DNA of 64,000 bases from a virus, in the IMG/VR virus record IMGVR_UViG_3300051212_000550. The stretch is one strand, 5' to 3'. A program made the translations under genes and the position numbers. The notes beneath the pieces were generated by a model that had not been told where the DNA came from, did no database searches, and saw only the letters and a program-made list of their open reading frames with translations. Positions within the stretch are counted from its first letter, which is position 1. Each line of letters starts with the position of its first letter. This document shows positions 56,715 to 64,000 of the stretch, one piece after another.

Positions 56715-57371
56715 TTAGATTGACTTCTCAGTATATTCTGCTTTGTTCCAATTAATTAGATATTTGGCTTTCCAGTGATTCTGTTCAAAACCCTGTAAAT
56801 TCTGCCATTGATCTCGCTGAGACCAAACACGATCAGCAGCATCATGCCAATCTGTATGACGCACTGTCCATTCAAAGTTAATCATACGTGTCTTGAATAT
56901 ATCATAATCATAATGATCGTATTCTATGTGCAGGACCTCATAGACCGTGCCATCATCTGCTACCGCATCTAGAGCAAAATCAAAACCCCATTTCTTCTTT
57001 GTTCTCAAGAGCAGATCTGCTAAAGGTATAGTTTCTTTAAGTTTTTTTAACTGTTCCTCGGCAGCTCTATCATAATTACATCTGCAAAGAAACATACTGT
57101 GATCTAATATTAATTTAGGATCGTTCTTTTCTAATTCAAACCAAGGCTCTTGCCAACAGTTGTGATTGAGAATTTTGTGTTCAATAGGATATTTCATAGC
57201 AGAGTAAAACTTTTGCTCTGCACGATTTAACTCAAATCCGTCCTTGTCGTAATACTGAAAATCTGCTGTATCTAAATCTTCTACCGTTTTATCACAACAG
57301 GGATCTGACATCAACTTTACATCATGCCTGCGAAACATCATTGTCTGTTTGTTGGCAATAATCACAAGCAC
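56715..57371 (-). CDS. hypothetical protein
   Basis: ORF track. Confidence 0.45.
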   Translation of the reverse strand: MLVIIANKQTMMFRRHDVKLMSDPCCDKTVEDLDTADFQYYDKDGFELNRAEQKFYSAMKYPIEHKILNHNCWQEPWFELEKNDPKLILDHSMFLCRCNYDRAAEEQLKKLKETIPLADLLLRTKKKWGFDFALDAVADDGTVYEVLHIEYDHYDYDIFKTRMINFEWTVRHTDWHDAADRVWSQRDQWQNLQGFEQNHWKAKYLINWNKAEYTEKSI

Positions 57372-57465
57372 ATTCAGTGCAGTGATCGCAGATGTCGTCT
57401 AGACAGCTCTGTCCACAATGCGCTGTATGTTTACAATGATTACAAATCTTTTCATTCTGTTCTGT
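57322..57465 (-). CDS. small Cys-rich protein (MTEQNEKICNHCKHTAHCGQSC...)
   Basis: ORF track trimmed to MTEQ; 10 Cys in 47 aa. Confidence 0.4.
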   Translation of the reverse strand, partial: TEQNEKICNHCKHTAHCGQSCLDDICDHCTECACDYCQQTDNDVSQA

Positions 57466-57478
57466 CATTGTTCGCTCC

Positions 57479-57997
57479 TTATTTCTTAGCAGTCTTGGCA
57501 GCATCCTTCCATGCTTGATCGGTAGGTGCTTTAGGATGATTTTTATCTCTGCTGGTACCTGCTTTCTTACGTTTATTTACGTAGTAGTAAAGACCTTTTT
57601 TTGTCGCTTCGTGCATTCCGAAGTTACCTTGCATACGAACTTGTTCTATATCATTTTTTTCAGCATAAGTATCAACCATCATAGCTAACTGAAAGTCCAA
57701 TATTGTTAATCCCTTTACATCGAATGTAGAAGTTTTAACAGTCACTTCAGCAACATCTTGTGTAACTTCTGCAAAATGATCCATCTTTTCAGATAATCGA
57801 TTTATAAACTCTACGAATTTGACAGCGTGTCTATGATCTTTAGCAACATATTTGGCCTGTAGATACTTATGATCTAACATTTCCCAATCTGGCAAATACT
57901 CTGATTTTAAATCGTCAAGGTCTTTATCTGAAGGTACGAAATCTTCTATATCTTTTGATCTAAATTTGCCTTCGATTATTATTTCTTTGACTCTCAT
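57479..57997 (-). CDS. hypothetical basic protein
   Basis: ORF track. Confidence 0.5.
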   Translation of the reverse strand: MRVKEIIIEGKFRSKDIEDFVPSDKDLDDLKSEYLPDWEMLDHKYLQAKYVAKDHRHAVKFVEFINRLSEKMDHFAEVTQDVAEVTVKTSTFDVKGLTILDFQLAMMVDTYAEKNDIEQVRMQGNFGMHEATKKGLYYYVNKRKKAGTSRDKNHPKAPTDQAWKDAAKTAKK

Positions 57998-58419
57998 TGT
58001 GTGCGATCCTTATTATCAACGGCACCGCCGGTAACCCAGGATGTGCAACTGCGATCTCCTGCGCATTTAAAATGATGAAAATTACAGTATCCCAAATCTG
58101 CTTTATGTATTGTGGCCATAGCATCAGTTTCTTTGCTGTCGCCTTTGATTCCATCTTCGATACACTGCCACATCTTATCCGAAACATCAAAAGCTGCACA
58201 GTTTCCGCACTGCATAGTCTTGGCAGTCTTTTCTGTAATACCCCAACGCTTGGCTGCATCCTTCCAATATGATTCCGGCTCATCTGGATTAGCAGGACCA
58301 TAGTGATATTCGTCTATGGCCTTCTGGCGGTTTTTTAAGTTAACATCAATATCATATGTGGCAATAGGACAGCCTTTGTTAGCTGCTTCTACGATATTAA
58401 TATATTTTCTGTAGGTCAT
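57994..58419 (-). CDS. hypothetical Cys-containing protein
   Basis: ORF track. Confidence 0.5.
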   Translation of the reverse strand: MTYRKYINIVEAANKGCPIATYDIDVNLKNRQKAIDEYHYGPANPDEPESYWKDAAKRWGITEKTAKTMQCGNCAAFDVSDKMWQCIEDGIKGDSKETDAMATIHKADLGYCNFHHFKCAGDRSCTSWVTGGAVDNKDRTQ

Positions 58420-59729
58420 AGTTCATCCCATCCTATAGCCCAGCATTGGCTGGTTATATTGGTAGTAGTCGTTACAGCAATAACAAATTCGTAGTTTACT
58501 CCTGTAAATGTATTACGTTCTAATTGGAACTTAAAAGGAAATCCTGTCAACGACGGTGCTACACTGGCTTGATTTGTAGCTATAACATAGCCTTCGTCAA
58601 TGATCCTACCATTAGTATAACTGGTGGGAGTTAGATTATATTCTACAGAAGATGTTGCGCCAGTATCTGACCATTCACCACCTGTAGTAATAGCCTGCTG
58701 TATAATAAAGTACTGATAGTTAGCTGATGTTAAAGGAGCAAAACTGAAGTTAGTTGGTATGACTACAGCATTGTCTCTGCCTGCTTTTAATCTAATGCTC
58801 AGCATAGGAACTGCTGTGTTGACCTGTGCTTGGTTGGTGGATCTTGGAGTAACCAAAGAGTGACCTATAGCTCTAGCACGACCTGCGAGTTCGTAACCGC
58901 CTTCAGATATCACAGACTGACAGATAAACTTTAGTGTGTCACTGACTCCTGTAGCACTAGTGTTTTCTATTTCGTAGCGTAGAGGCAATCTTGCCGTGCC
59001 CATGTAGGTAGTAGTTAGTCCTGCTGTGTTAGCGTGATCCCATCTATGGCAGGGAATAAATTGCCCGTTTATAACAAAGCCCATAGTAGCTGAGCCTACA
59101 CCTAACCATTCTATATTAGTGTACAATATCTGTGATGTTGCTAAATCTAATACGATCTTATCCGCATCTGTGCCATCTAGTTTACTAATGTTCCAATCTG
59201 ATTTGGCAATACGAGTTGTTTGTAAACTACCACTTGAACTGCTTCTACGCACAAAATAAACGTCTAGTCCGTCTTGTTCTAGATAAAAACCGTTGGCTGA
59301 ATCAAAGTATCCTACACGCTGTCTTAGTCCTGCGCGGGCCGGTGCCATACAAAAAGTTTCTAACACCAACAAACTCTTGCCTGGTTGATAGGCAAATACT
59401 CTTGTGCTTTCTCTGTAGACCTTACTGCCATTGGTACCATCTACTGTCATTGCTAGGGCACTACTGTTGGTATTGTGTAGTGTGCTTCCGCCACTGGCTG
59501 TAAAGTTTACAAATCCATCAACATTGTCGTAGTACTTACTAGAGTTATCAAATAGTGTAAATGGATCACTGGTCCTAAAACGACCAAATGCATCAGTGGC
59601 TGTAGGGCCTAGAGTAGTTCTTAAAATAGGACGACCTAGGACATCATACTGCATTACCTTATGTAAATTTAACAGATTGGGTTCGTCTGCATGTACATAA
59701 TTGGTAGAATTTTTATTACGAACGCCCAT
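58416..59729 (-). CDS. 437-aa beta-rich virion structural protein candidate
   Basis: ORF track; composition typical of jelly-roll/fibre proteins. Confidence 0.45.
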   Translation of the reverse strand: MGVRNKNSTNYVHADEPNLLNLHKVMQYDVLGRPILRTTLGPTATDAFGRFRTSDPFTLFDNSSKYYDNVDGFVNFTASGGSTLHNTNSSALAMTVDGTNGSKVYRESTRVFAYQPGKSLLVLETFCMAPARAGLRQRVGYFDSANGFYLEQDGLDVYFVRRSSSSGSLQTTRIAKSDWNISKLDGTDADKIVLDLATSQILYTNIEWLGVGSATMGFVINGQFIPCHRWDHANTAGLTTTYMGTARLPLRYEIENTSATGVSDTLKFICQSVISEGGYELAGRARAIGHSLVTPRSTNQAQVNTAVPMLSIRLKAGRDNAVVIPTNFSFAPLTSANYQYFIIQQAITTGGEWSDTGATSSVEYNLTPTSYTNGRIIDEGYVIATNQASVAPSLTGFPFKFQLERNTFTGVNYEFVIAVTTTTNITSQCWAIGWDEL

Positions 59730-59732
59730 TTA

Positions 59733-60149
59733 TCAGTTCCAAGGACGACCTAATTGAAGGCCATCAACGTTAGCATTATCTACTACATCATTTCCAGAAT
59801 ACAGAGTAGGAAGTTCTGTAGAATCTAATGTATATCTTCTACCATCTAATTGTCTTTTAATTGCTGCTAACGCTAGTTTTGCTTCTTGTTTGGCCTGCTT
59901 GGTAGATAGATTAGCAATCTTGTTGCCTGTATAGATTACTGCTCCTGTCGGAATAGCATAGAACGCTAAAGTTTTTGTGGTATCTAATAACGTTCCGTTA
60001 TAAAATAAATCAAACCAATCTACACCAAACCCTTTAGCAGTTTCGATATCTGATTTTAACGTGCCAACGGTTATGGTATCATCTTTGGTATAGCTATCAA
60101 AGATCCCTGCATTGACTAAGCTCTGCACAGAAATAGTAATGTTAGCCAT
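59733..60149 (-). CDS. hypothetical protein
   Basis: ORF track. Confidence 0.5.
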   Translation of the reverse strand: MANITISVQSLVNAGIFDSYTKDDTITVGTLKSDIETAKGFGVDWFDLFYNGTLLDTTKTLAFYAIPTGAVIYTGNKIANLSTKQAKQEAKLALAAIKRQLDGRRYTLDSTELPTLYSGNDVVDNANVDGLQLGRPWN

Positions 60150-60400
60150 TACAATCCTCCCAACTGTTTGATCCTATCTAACTCGTCAACAGACTCTGCA
60201 GGTTTCTCTGGAGCAGGCTCTCCCTGTCCTTTCATAAAAGATACGATCTTATCATAATCGGCCATAGTAACTGGCCCTTCCTGCGATAGTTTAATAACTG
60301 CTTCTGCTACGTCGTGAAGATCTGCATCTTGTTTAACATCTTCACGTGCTAATTCTAATAAACGTATGAAAAGTGGTACGTCTAACTTTACAATATCCAT
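60149..60400 (-). CDS. hypothetical acidic protein
   Basis: ORF track. Confidence 0.5.
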   Translation of the reverse strand: MDIVKLDVPLFIRLLELAREDVKQDADLHDVAEAVIKLSQEGPVTMADYDKIVSFMKGQGEPAPEKPAESVDELDRIKQLGGL

Positions 60401-60443
60401 TTGGGTTCTCCGATCTAATATTTAGCGGTTAAATACGCTTACT

Positions 60444-61634
60444 ATGATCAACAAAGAACCATTCAAACATCTAATCAAAGACCTCAAAGATACAGGAAAA
60501 TACCGTGTGTTTAACGATATTGTGCGTGAGCGAGGGCAATTTCCTAAAGCTATTTGGTACGGACCTTATAATATTAAAACTATAGTTAATTGGTGTTCAA
60601 ACGATTATTTGGGAATGGGACAAAATAAAGTAGTCCTTGATGCTATGCACACAGCATTAGATCAAACTGGTGCGGGATCAGGCGGCACCCGTAACATTGG
60701 TGGTACCAGTCATTATCACGTAGCATTAGAACACGAGCTTGCTATGCTGCATAACAAGAGCAAAGCACTGTTGTTCAGCAGCGCCTATGTTGCTAACGAA
60801 TGGACTATTATCGCTCTAAGTAAAATCATAGACAATATACAGTTTATTTCGGACAGTAAAAATCATAACAGTCTGATTGTTGGTATACAACATTCGAAGG
60901 CACCAAAGCAGATATTCGAACACAATAATTTAAATGATCTAGAAGATAAACTAGCACAGAGCAAACTTGCAGGATTTACTCCTTGCATAGTTTTTGAATC
61001 AGTTTACAGTATGGATGGTGATGTTAGCCCAATTAAAGATATCTGTGATCTCGCAGATCGTTATCAGGCAATAACATACATTGACGAAGTACATGCGGTA
61101 GGGCTCTACGGGACGCACGGTGGCGGAAAAGTAGAAGAATTTGGTTTAGAATCCCGAGTTGATATAATCAACGGTACGTTAGGGAAAGCCTTTGGAGTCC
61201 AAGGTGGCTATGTTGCTGCCGATGCTGATGTTGTTGATGCCATCCGTTCTGTAGCTGCTGGCTTTATCTTTACAACATCAATGAGTCCTGTGGCCTGTGC
61301 TGGAGCACTGGCTGCGGTTAAATGGCTTAAAGATCACAACGAAGTTCGGGTCAAGCATCAAGAACGTGCTGCTAAACTAAAGCAACTATTAAAAGAAAAT
61401 GAGCTGCCTGTTATGGACAGCTCAACTCATATAGTTCCAGTTCTAGTAGGGGATGCTAAGAGATGTAAATCAATGAGTGACAAACTGTTAGAGGATCACA
61501 ACATCTATGTACAACCAATTAACTATCCTACTGTTGACGTAGGTACTGAGCGGTTGCGCTTTGCTCCTACTCCATACCATGATGACTCTATGATGAGCAA
61601 TTTAATATCTGCTCTCAAGGACGTTTTTCAATGA
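60444..61634 (+). CDS. hemA: 5-aminolevulinate synthase (glycine + succinyl-CoA, C4 pathway)
   Basis: [47 protein letters not shown] and PLP-Lys [12 protein letters not shown] match ALAS rather than BioF/Kbl. Confidence 0.75.
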   Translation: MINKEPFKHLIKDLKDTGKYRVFNDIVRERGQFPKAIWYGPYNIKTIVNWCSNDYLGMGQNKVVLDAMHTALDQTGAGSGGTRNIGGTSHYHVALEHELAMLHNKSKALLFSSAYVANEWTIIALSKIIDNIQFISDSKNHNSLIVGIQHSKAPKQIFEHNNLNDLEDKLAQSKLAGFTPCIVFESVYSMDGDVSPIKDICDLADRYQAITYIDEVHAVGLYGTHGGGKVEEFGLESRVDIINGTLGKAFGVQGGYVAADADVVDAIRSVAAGFIFTTSMSPVACAGALAAVKWLKDHNEVRVKHQERAAKLKQLLKENELPVMDSSTHIVPVLVGDAKRCKSMSDKLLEDHNIYVQPINYPTVDVGTERLRFAPTPYHDDSMMSNLISALKDVFQ

Positions 61635-62205
61635 TCTTGTCAACAAGTCCGTAGTCTAGAGCTTCTTGTGCGCTCATAAACTTATCACGTTCCATATCAC
61701 GAGCAAACTCATCATAGGTCTTGCCTTTGCTGTTATGCTTGACATAGATCTCAGTAAGATACTTTTTCATCTTTAGTATCTCTTCTGCTTGGATCTGGAT
61801 GTCTGTGGCCTGTCCACGAGCACCGCCACTGGGTTGATGGATCATATGGCGAGCATTAGGCAACATGAAACGTTTGCCTGCTGCTCCTGACTGTGCTAAT
61901 AGACTGCCCATGCTACAGGCCTGACCCATTACATAGGTGGCGATATCACACTTAACGAACTGCATAACATCATAGATAGCCATACCTGCTGTCACTACTC
62001 CGCCGGGGCTGTTGATAAACAGATTGATATCCTTCTTGGGATCTTCGGACTCTAGGAACAATATCTGAGCCACAATTAAATTACTCATCATGTCTTCCAC
62101 AGGACCATTTAACATGACAATACGTTCTTTGAGTAGACGACTGTAAATGTCATAGGCACGTTCGCCCTTGCTTGTGGATTCAACTACTACTGGTACTAGA
62201 CTCAT
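61615..62205 (-). CDS. clpP: ATP-dependent Clp protease proteolytic subunit
   Basis: Ser GQACSMGS, His HQPSGG; start moved to MSLVPVV, which aligns with the mature ClpP N-terminus. Confidence 0.9.
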   Translation of the reverse strand: MSLVPVVVESTSKGERAYDIYSRLLKERIVMLNGPVEDMMSNLIVAQILFLESEDPKKDINLFINSPGGVVTAGMAIYDVMQFVKCDIATYVMGQACSMGSLLAQSGAAGKRFMLPNARHMIHQPSGGARGQATDIQIQAEEILKMKKYLTEIYVKHNSKGKTYDEFARDMERDKFMSAQEALDYGLVDKIIEKRP

Positions 62206-63121
62206 TCTTCTTCCTTTTCTTGAATTGTTCAACTTGATTACCGATCCAATTGATTACGTTTACTTTAGGTTCGTAACCCAATTGTTTTAATTTGGTTATG
62301 TCCGCAAAGGTTAAACGCACCTGTCCAATCCTATCCGGAACCTTAACCTGCTTATTACTGACAACGTCAGCAATTTCTTTAACACTGGTCGATGTTCCTG
62401 AACCAATGTTATAGATCTCATCACGCATACCCTTTTCTATTATAAGCTCTAATGCTTGAACAGCATCAGATGCATGTACAAAGTCTCTGCGTTGATCTCC
62501 ATCACCATGTATAAACAAAGGTTGATCATCAACCAATGCTTTCATGTAACGAGGAATCATTAATGCCCTGTCACCATAGTCCATATATGCCCCATACATG
62601 GTAAATGGTCTAACAATTATCAGTTCCGTTATCCAAGCCTTTTGGCTCTGCACACGCAACGCCCATTCAGCTGCTAGTTTACTAACTGCATATGGACTGC
62701 TGGGATTCAGTGCGCCATCTTCAGTTTGGGCTTCTTGTCCATTGTTGCCATACACAGAGCTAGAACTGATGTAGATAAACTTTTTGATATTGTATTCTTG
62801 ACATAGCTGAAAGAACTTGTGTGTATCTGCTATGTTAGTTTTATAATAACTTTGATATTCTAACCAACTGGGATCTATCCTAGCACGATTGGCACAATGT
62901 ATCACAACATCAACTTTATCCAATAGGGCTGCATAGACAAATAGATCATTGTAGAGATCTGCTTTGGCTATTTCGATATTTGGGTCTAGGGGTTCTAGTT
63001 GAAAGTTAGTCCATTCTCCTGGATCTTGATCAACTAACACAAGATCATACTTGTCTTTTAGATAGTGAGTTATGTTCCTACCCAAAAAGCCAGCTGCTCC
63101 TGTAACTAAAATGCGTTTCAT
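62180..63121 (-). CDS. NAD-dependent epimerase/dehydratase (SDR family)
   Basis: GAAGFLG Rossmann motif; catalytic YAVSK. Confidence 0.8.
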   Translation of the reverse strand: MKRILVTGAAGFLGRNITHYLKDKYDLVLVDQDPGEWTNFQLEPLDPNIEIAKADLYNDLFVYAALLDKVDVVIHCANRARIDPSWLEYQSYYKTNIADTHKFFQLCQEYNIKKFIYISSSSVYGNNGQEAQTEDGALNPSSPYAVSKLAAEWALRVQSQKAWITELIIVRPFTMYGAYMDYGDRALMIPRYMKALVDDQPLFIHGDGDQRRDFVHASDAVQALELIIEKGMRDEIYNIGSGTSTSVKEIADVVSNKQVKVPDRIGQVRLTFADITKLKQLGYEPKVNVINWIGNQVEQFKKRKKNESSTSSS

Positions 63122-63145
63122 CTGTGTATTTTATGCAAAAAATAC

Positions 63146-63174
63146 TTGCAAGTCAAGCAAAAAGAAAGTATATT
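63146..63174 (+). promoter_or_regulatory. sigma70-type promoter (-35 TTGCAA, 17 nt, -10 TATATT)
   Basis: seen directly, 39 nt upstream of the HNH gene. Confidence 0.5.
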
Positions 63175-63212
63175 CTAAGAAGTAAATAACTTTTGTAACC
63201 ATTCAAAACATC

Positions 63213-63728
63213 ATGTCAGATACTTTGATTTTAAATGCAGACGCTCAACCGGTTAGCCTGTTGCCGTTGTCTACTTGCGACTGGCAAGAAGCTATCAGAT
63301 ACATGGTTTTGGAAAAAGCCCGTGTATTGGAATGGCACGATGATTGGATCGTGCGTTCTGCAAGATGGGAAACAAGAGTTCCCGCAGTATTACTACTGAA
63401 CGAGTATTACAAAAAGAAACATATTGTTCGTTTAACCAAACGGAATGTGTTCTTGCGTGATCGCTATGTCTGTCAGTACTGTGGCACTGATGTCAATGAA
63501 CAAACAGCAACGCTGGACCACGTTCATCCGCTCAGTCACGGTGGTAAGAACTCTTGGCTAAACTTAACTACGGCCTGCAAACCTTGCAACTATCGCAAGG
63601 CTGCACATGTAGGCAAGCACAAACCTAAGACTACTCCGTACAAGCCGGATTACTGGGAATTGGCTGAGAAGCGACGCCAAAAGGGTTTCCATCTAAGACA
63701 CCCAAGTTGGGAACACTACCTGCTGTAA
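63213..63728 (+). CDS. HNH endonuclease
   Basis: CQYCG...DHVHPLSHGG...CKPCN. Confidence 0.8.
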   Translation: MSDTLILNADAQPVSLLPLSTCDWQEAIRYMVLEKARVLEWHDDWIVRSARWETRVPAVLLLNEYYKKKHIVRLTKRNVFLRDRYVCQYCGTDVNEQTATLDHVHPLSHGGKNSWLNLTTACKPCNYRKAAHVGKHKPKTTPYKPDYWELAEKRRQKGFHLRHPSWEHYLL

Positions 63729-63790
63729 CATCTTGACAGCTATTAGGATTGAGTTTATAATGTTCACATTATAGGCTCAATCCAACATAT

Positions 63791-64000
63791 CATGATCAAA
63801 CGTTCAAACATCAAAGAAGCATTTGGTGGCGAAGTTGCTTTTACTAAATTTATTGCGACTGACGTCGAAACTTCTAAACGACTGCTTAATGCACTAGACC
63901 TCGACGAAGAGGACTACAGCGTAACTCCAGAAGAACATACAGTACACTCGAAGCGAGTTGACCTAGTTGTTCGAGATCAGGAAGGTGATATCTTCTTGGT
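63791..64000 (+). CDS. hypothetical protein, 3'-truncated by the window end
   Basis: ATG at 63791; frame open to the end. Confidence 0.35.

Noticed and set aside
903-59503. Antisense or alternative-frame ORFs in the track: 903..1118, 1133..1369, 1249..1593, 1517..1723, 2462..2839, 4350..4541, 4574..4771, 5051..5268, 5293..5560, 5827..6147, 8274..8540, 8736..8921, 9031..9216, 9252..9437, 9416..10144, 13675..13914, 16697..16912, 18703..18891, 19104..19301, 19516..19929, 20696..20983, 22784..22975, 23295..23765, 23935..24135, 24797..25024, 25158..25355, 25504..25710, 26022..26297, 26470..26730, 27679..28320, 28917..29165, 29774..30338, 30990..31184, 31893..32087, 32589..33009, 33924..34208, 35823..36401, 37228..37524, 40762..40956, 41530..42024, 42244..43484, 46452..47169, 48563..48957, 49138..49320, 50638..50829, 53524..53709, 54771..54998, 56332..56599, 57324..57518, 57960..58303, 59216..59503
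   Set aside because: They are embedded in, or antisense to, longer ORFs with clear homology or operon logic. They have no RBS context, and several are products of low-complexity or repeat DNA read in another frame
1-64000. CRISPR arrays, integrase/transposase genes, rRNA
   Set aside because: No spaced direct repeats, no tyrosine/serine recombinase or DDE signatures, and no rRNA-like segments were seen
1-64000. Giant eukaryotic virus or bacterial chromosome as the source
   Set aside because: Shine-Dalgarno sites, intrinsic terminators, ATGA/TAATG coupling, S21, ClpP/ClpS and tmRNA indicate a bacterial translation context. The density of tiny overlapping ORFs, paralog arrays, HNH and multiple lysins argues for a phage or phage-like element rather than a core chromosome. 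The dnaK gene has no dnaJ/grpE neighbours and clpP has no clpX

Overview
Dense, AT-rich (roughly 35-40% GC by eye), almost entirely minus-strand coding window. It looks like a segment of a large marine tailed phage or phage-like element, not a cellular chromosome. Supporting signs: many tiny overlapping ORFs with ATGA/TAATG coupling, arrays of paralogous small proteins, an HNH endonuclease, a pectate-lyase-fold fibre/spike, M15 and SleB lysins, and its own tRNA. The window also carries many host-like auxiliary genes. Recognisable blocks from 5' to 3' are listed below.
(1) 0.1-4.1 kb: a tandem array of at least 11 small paralogous proteins sharing a C-terminal 'W(C)xE...F-x-[ND]E-x-DA-x-x-F-x-LKW' domain.
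(2) An AAA+ ATPase with a near-consensus sigma70 promoter.
(3) A tRNA whose anticodon loop reads CUCUAAA (anticodon CUA, amber-suppressor-like), an SPFH/band-7 lipoprotein with an NfeD-like mini-ORF, a Pol-beta-type nucleotidyltransferase, a PBP5-type DD-carboxypeptidase, a metallophosphoesterase and a GATase1-like protein.
(4) Two tandem duplicated coiled-coil membrane proteins, an ~770-aa secreted protein with six 19-aa Cys-Pro-Gly-Tyr repeats, and a Ser/Thr/Asn-repeat protein.
(5) A proteostasis / tetrapyrrole operon: dnaK, hsp20, clpS, heme oxygenase, a ferredoxin-dependent bilin reductase (PcyA/PebS/PcyX family), then guaC, a DEDD exonuclease and ribosomal protein S21.
(6) An envelope/lysis cluster of lipoproteins and a SleB hydrolase, a GT4 glycosyltransferase, an LpxH-like gene, and ahpD-ahpC.
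(7) A circularly permuted, two-piece tmRNA gene (alphaproteobacterial type). It has a G3.U70 alanine identity pair, a UUCGAC D-analog, an E. coli-like T-arm/CCA end and a 26-aa tag ANDDAFDFAAMSFNGNTVGGRVALAA.
(8) An M15 peptidase, glutaredoxin, nrdB and nrdA.
(9) A structural block: a beta-helix fibre, a PD-(D/E)XK nuclease, low-complexity scaffold-like proteins, and small proteins each followed by a strong terminator.
(10) Plus-strand small-gene cassettes driven by consensus sigma70 promoters, a DesC-like desaturase, a class II aldolase and an NT5C-like HAD.
(11) A secreted SNase, Cys-rich small proteins, a 437-aa structural protein, 5-aminolevulinate synthase (hemA-type), clpP, an NAD-epimerase and an HNH endonuclease.
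The most novel items are the phage-borne permuted tmRNA together with ClpP, ClpS, DnaK, Hsp20 and S21 (a self-contained ribosome-rescue / tag-degradation toolkit); an ALAS + heme oxygenase + bilin reductase set in an element that looks adapted to a non-cyanobacterial (alphaproteobacterial) host; and the expanded WC...LKW small-protein family.
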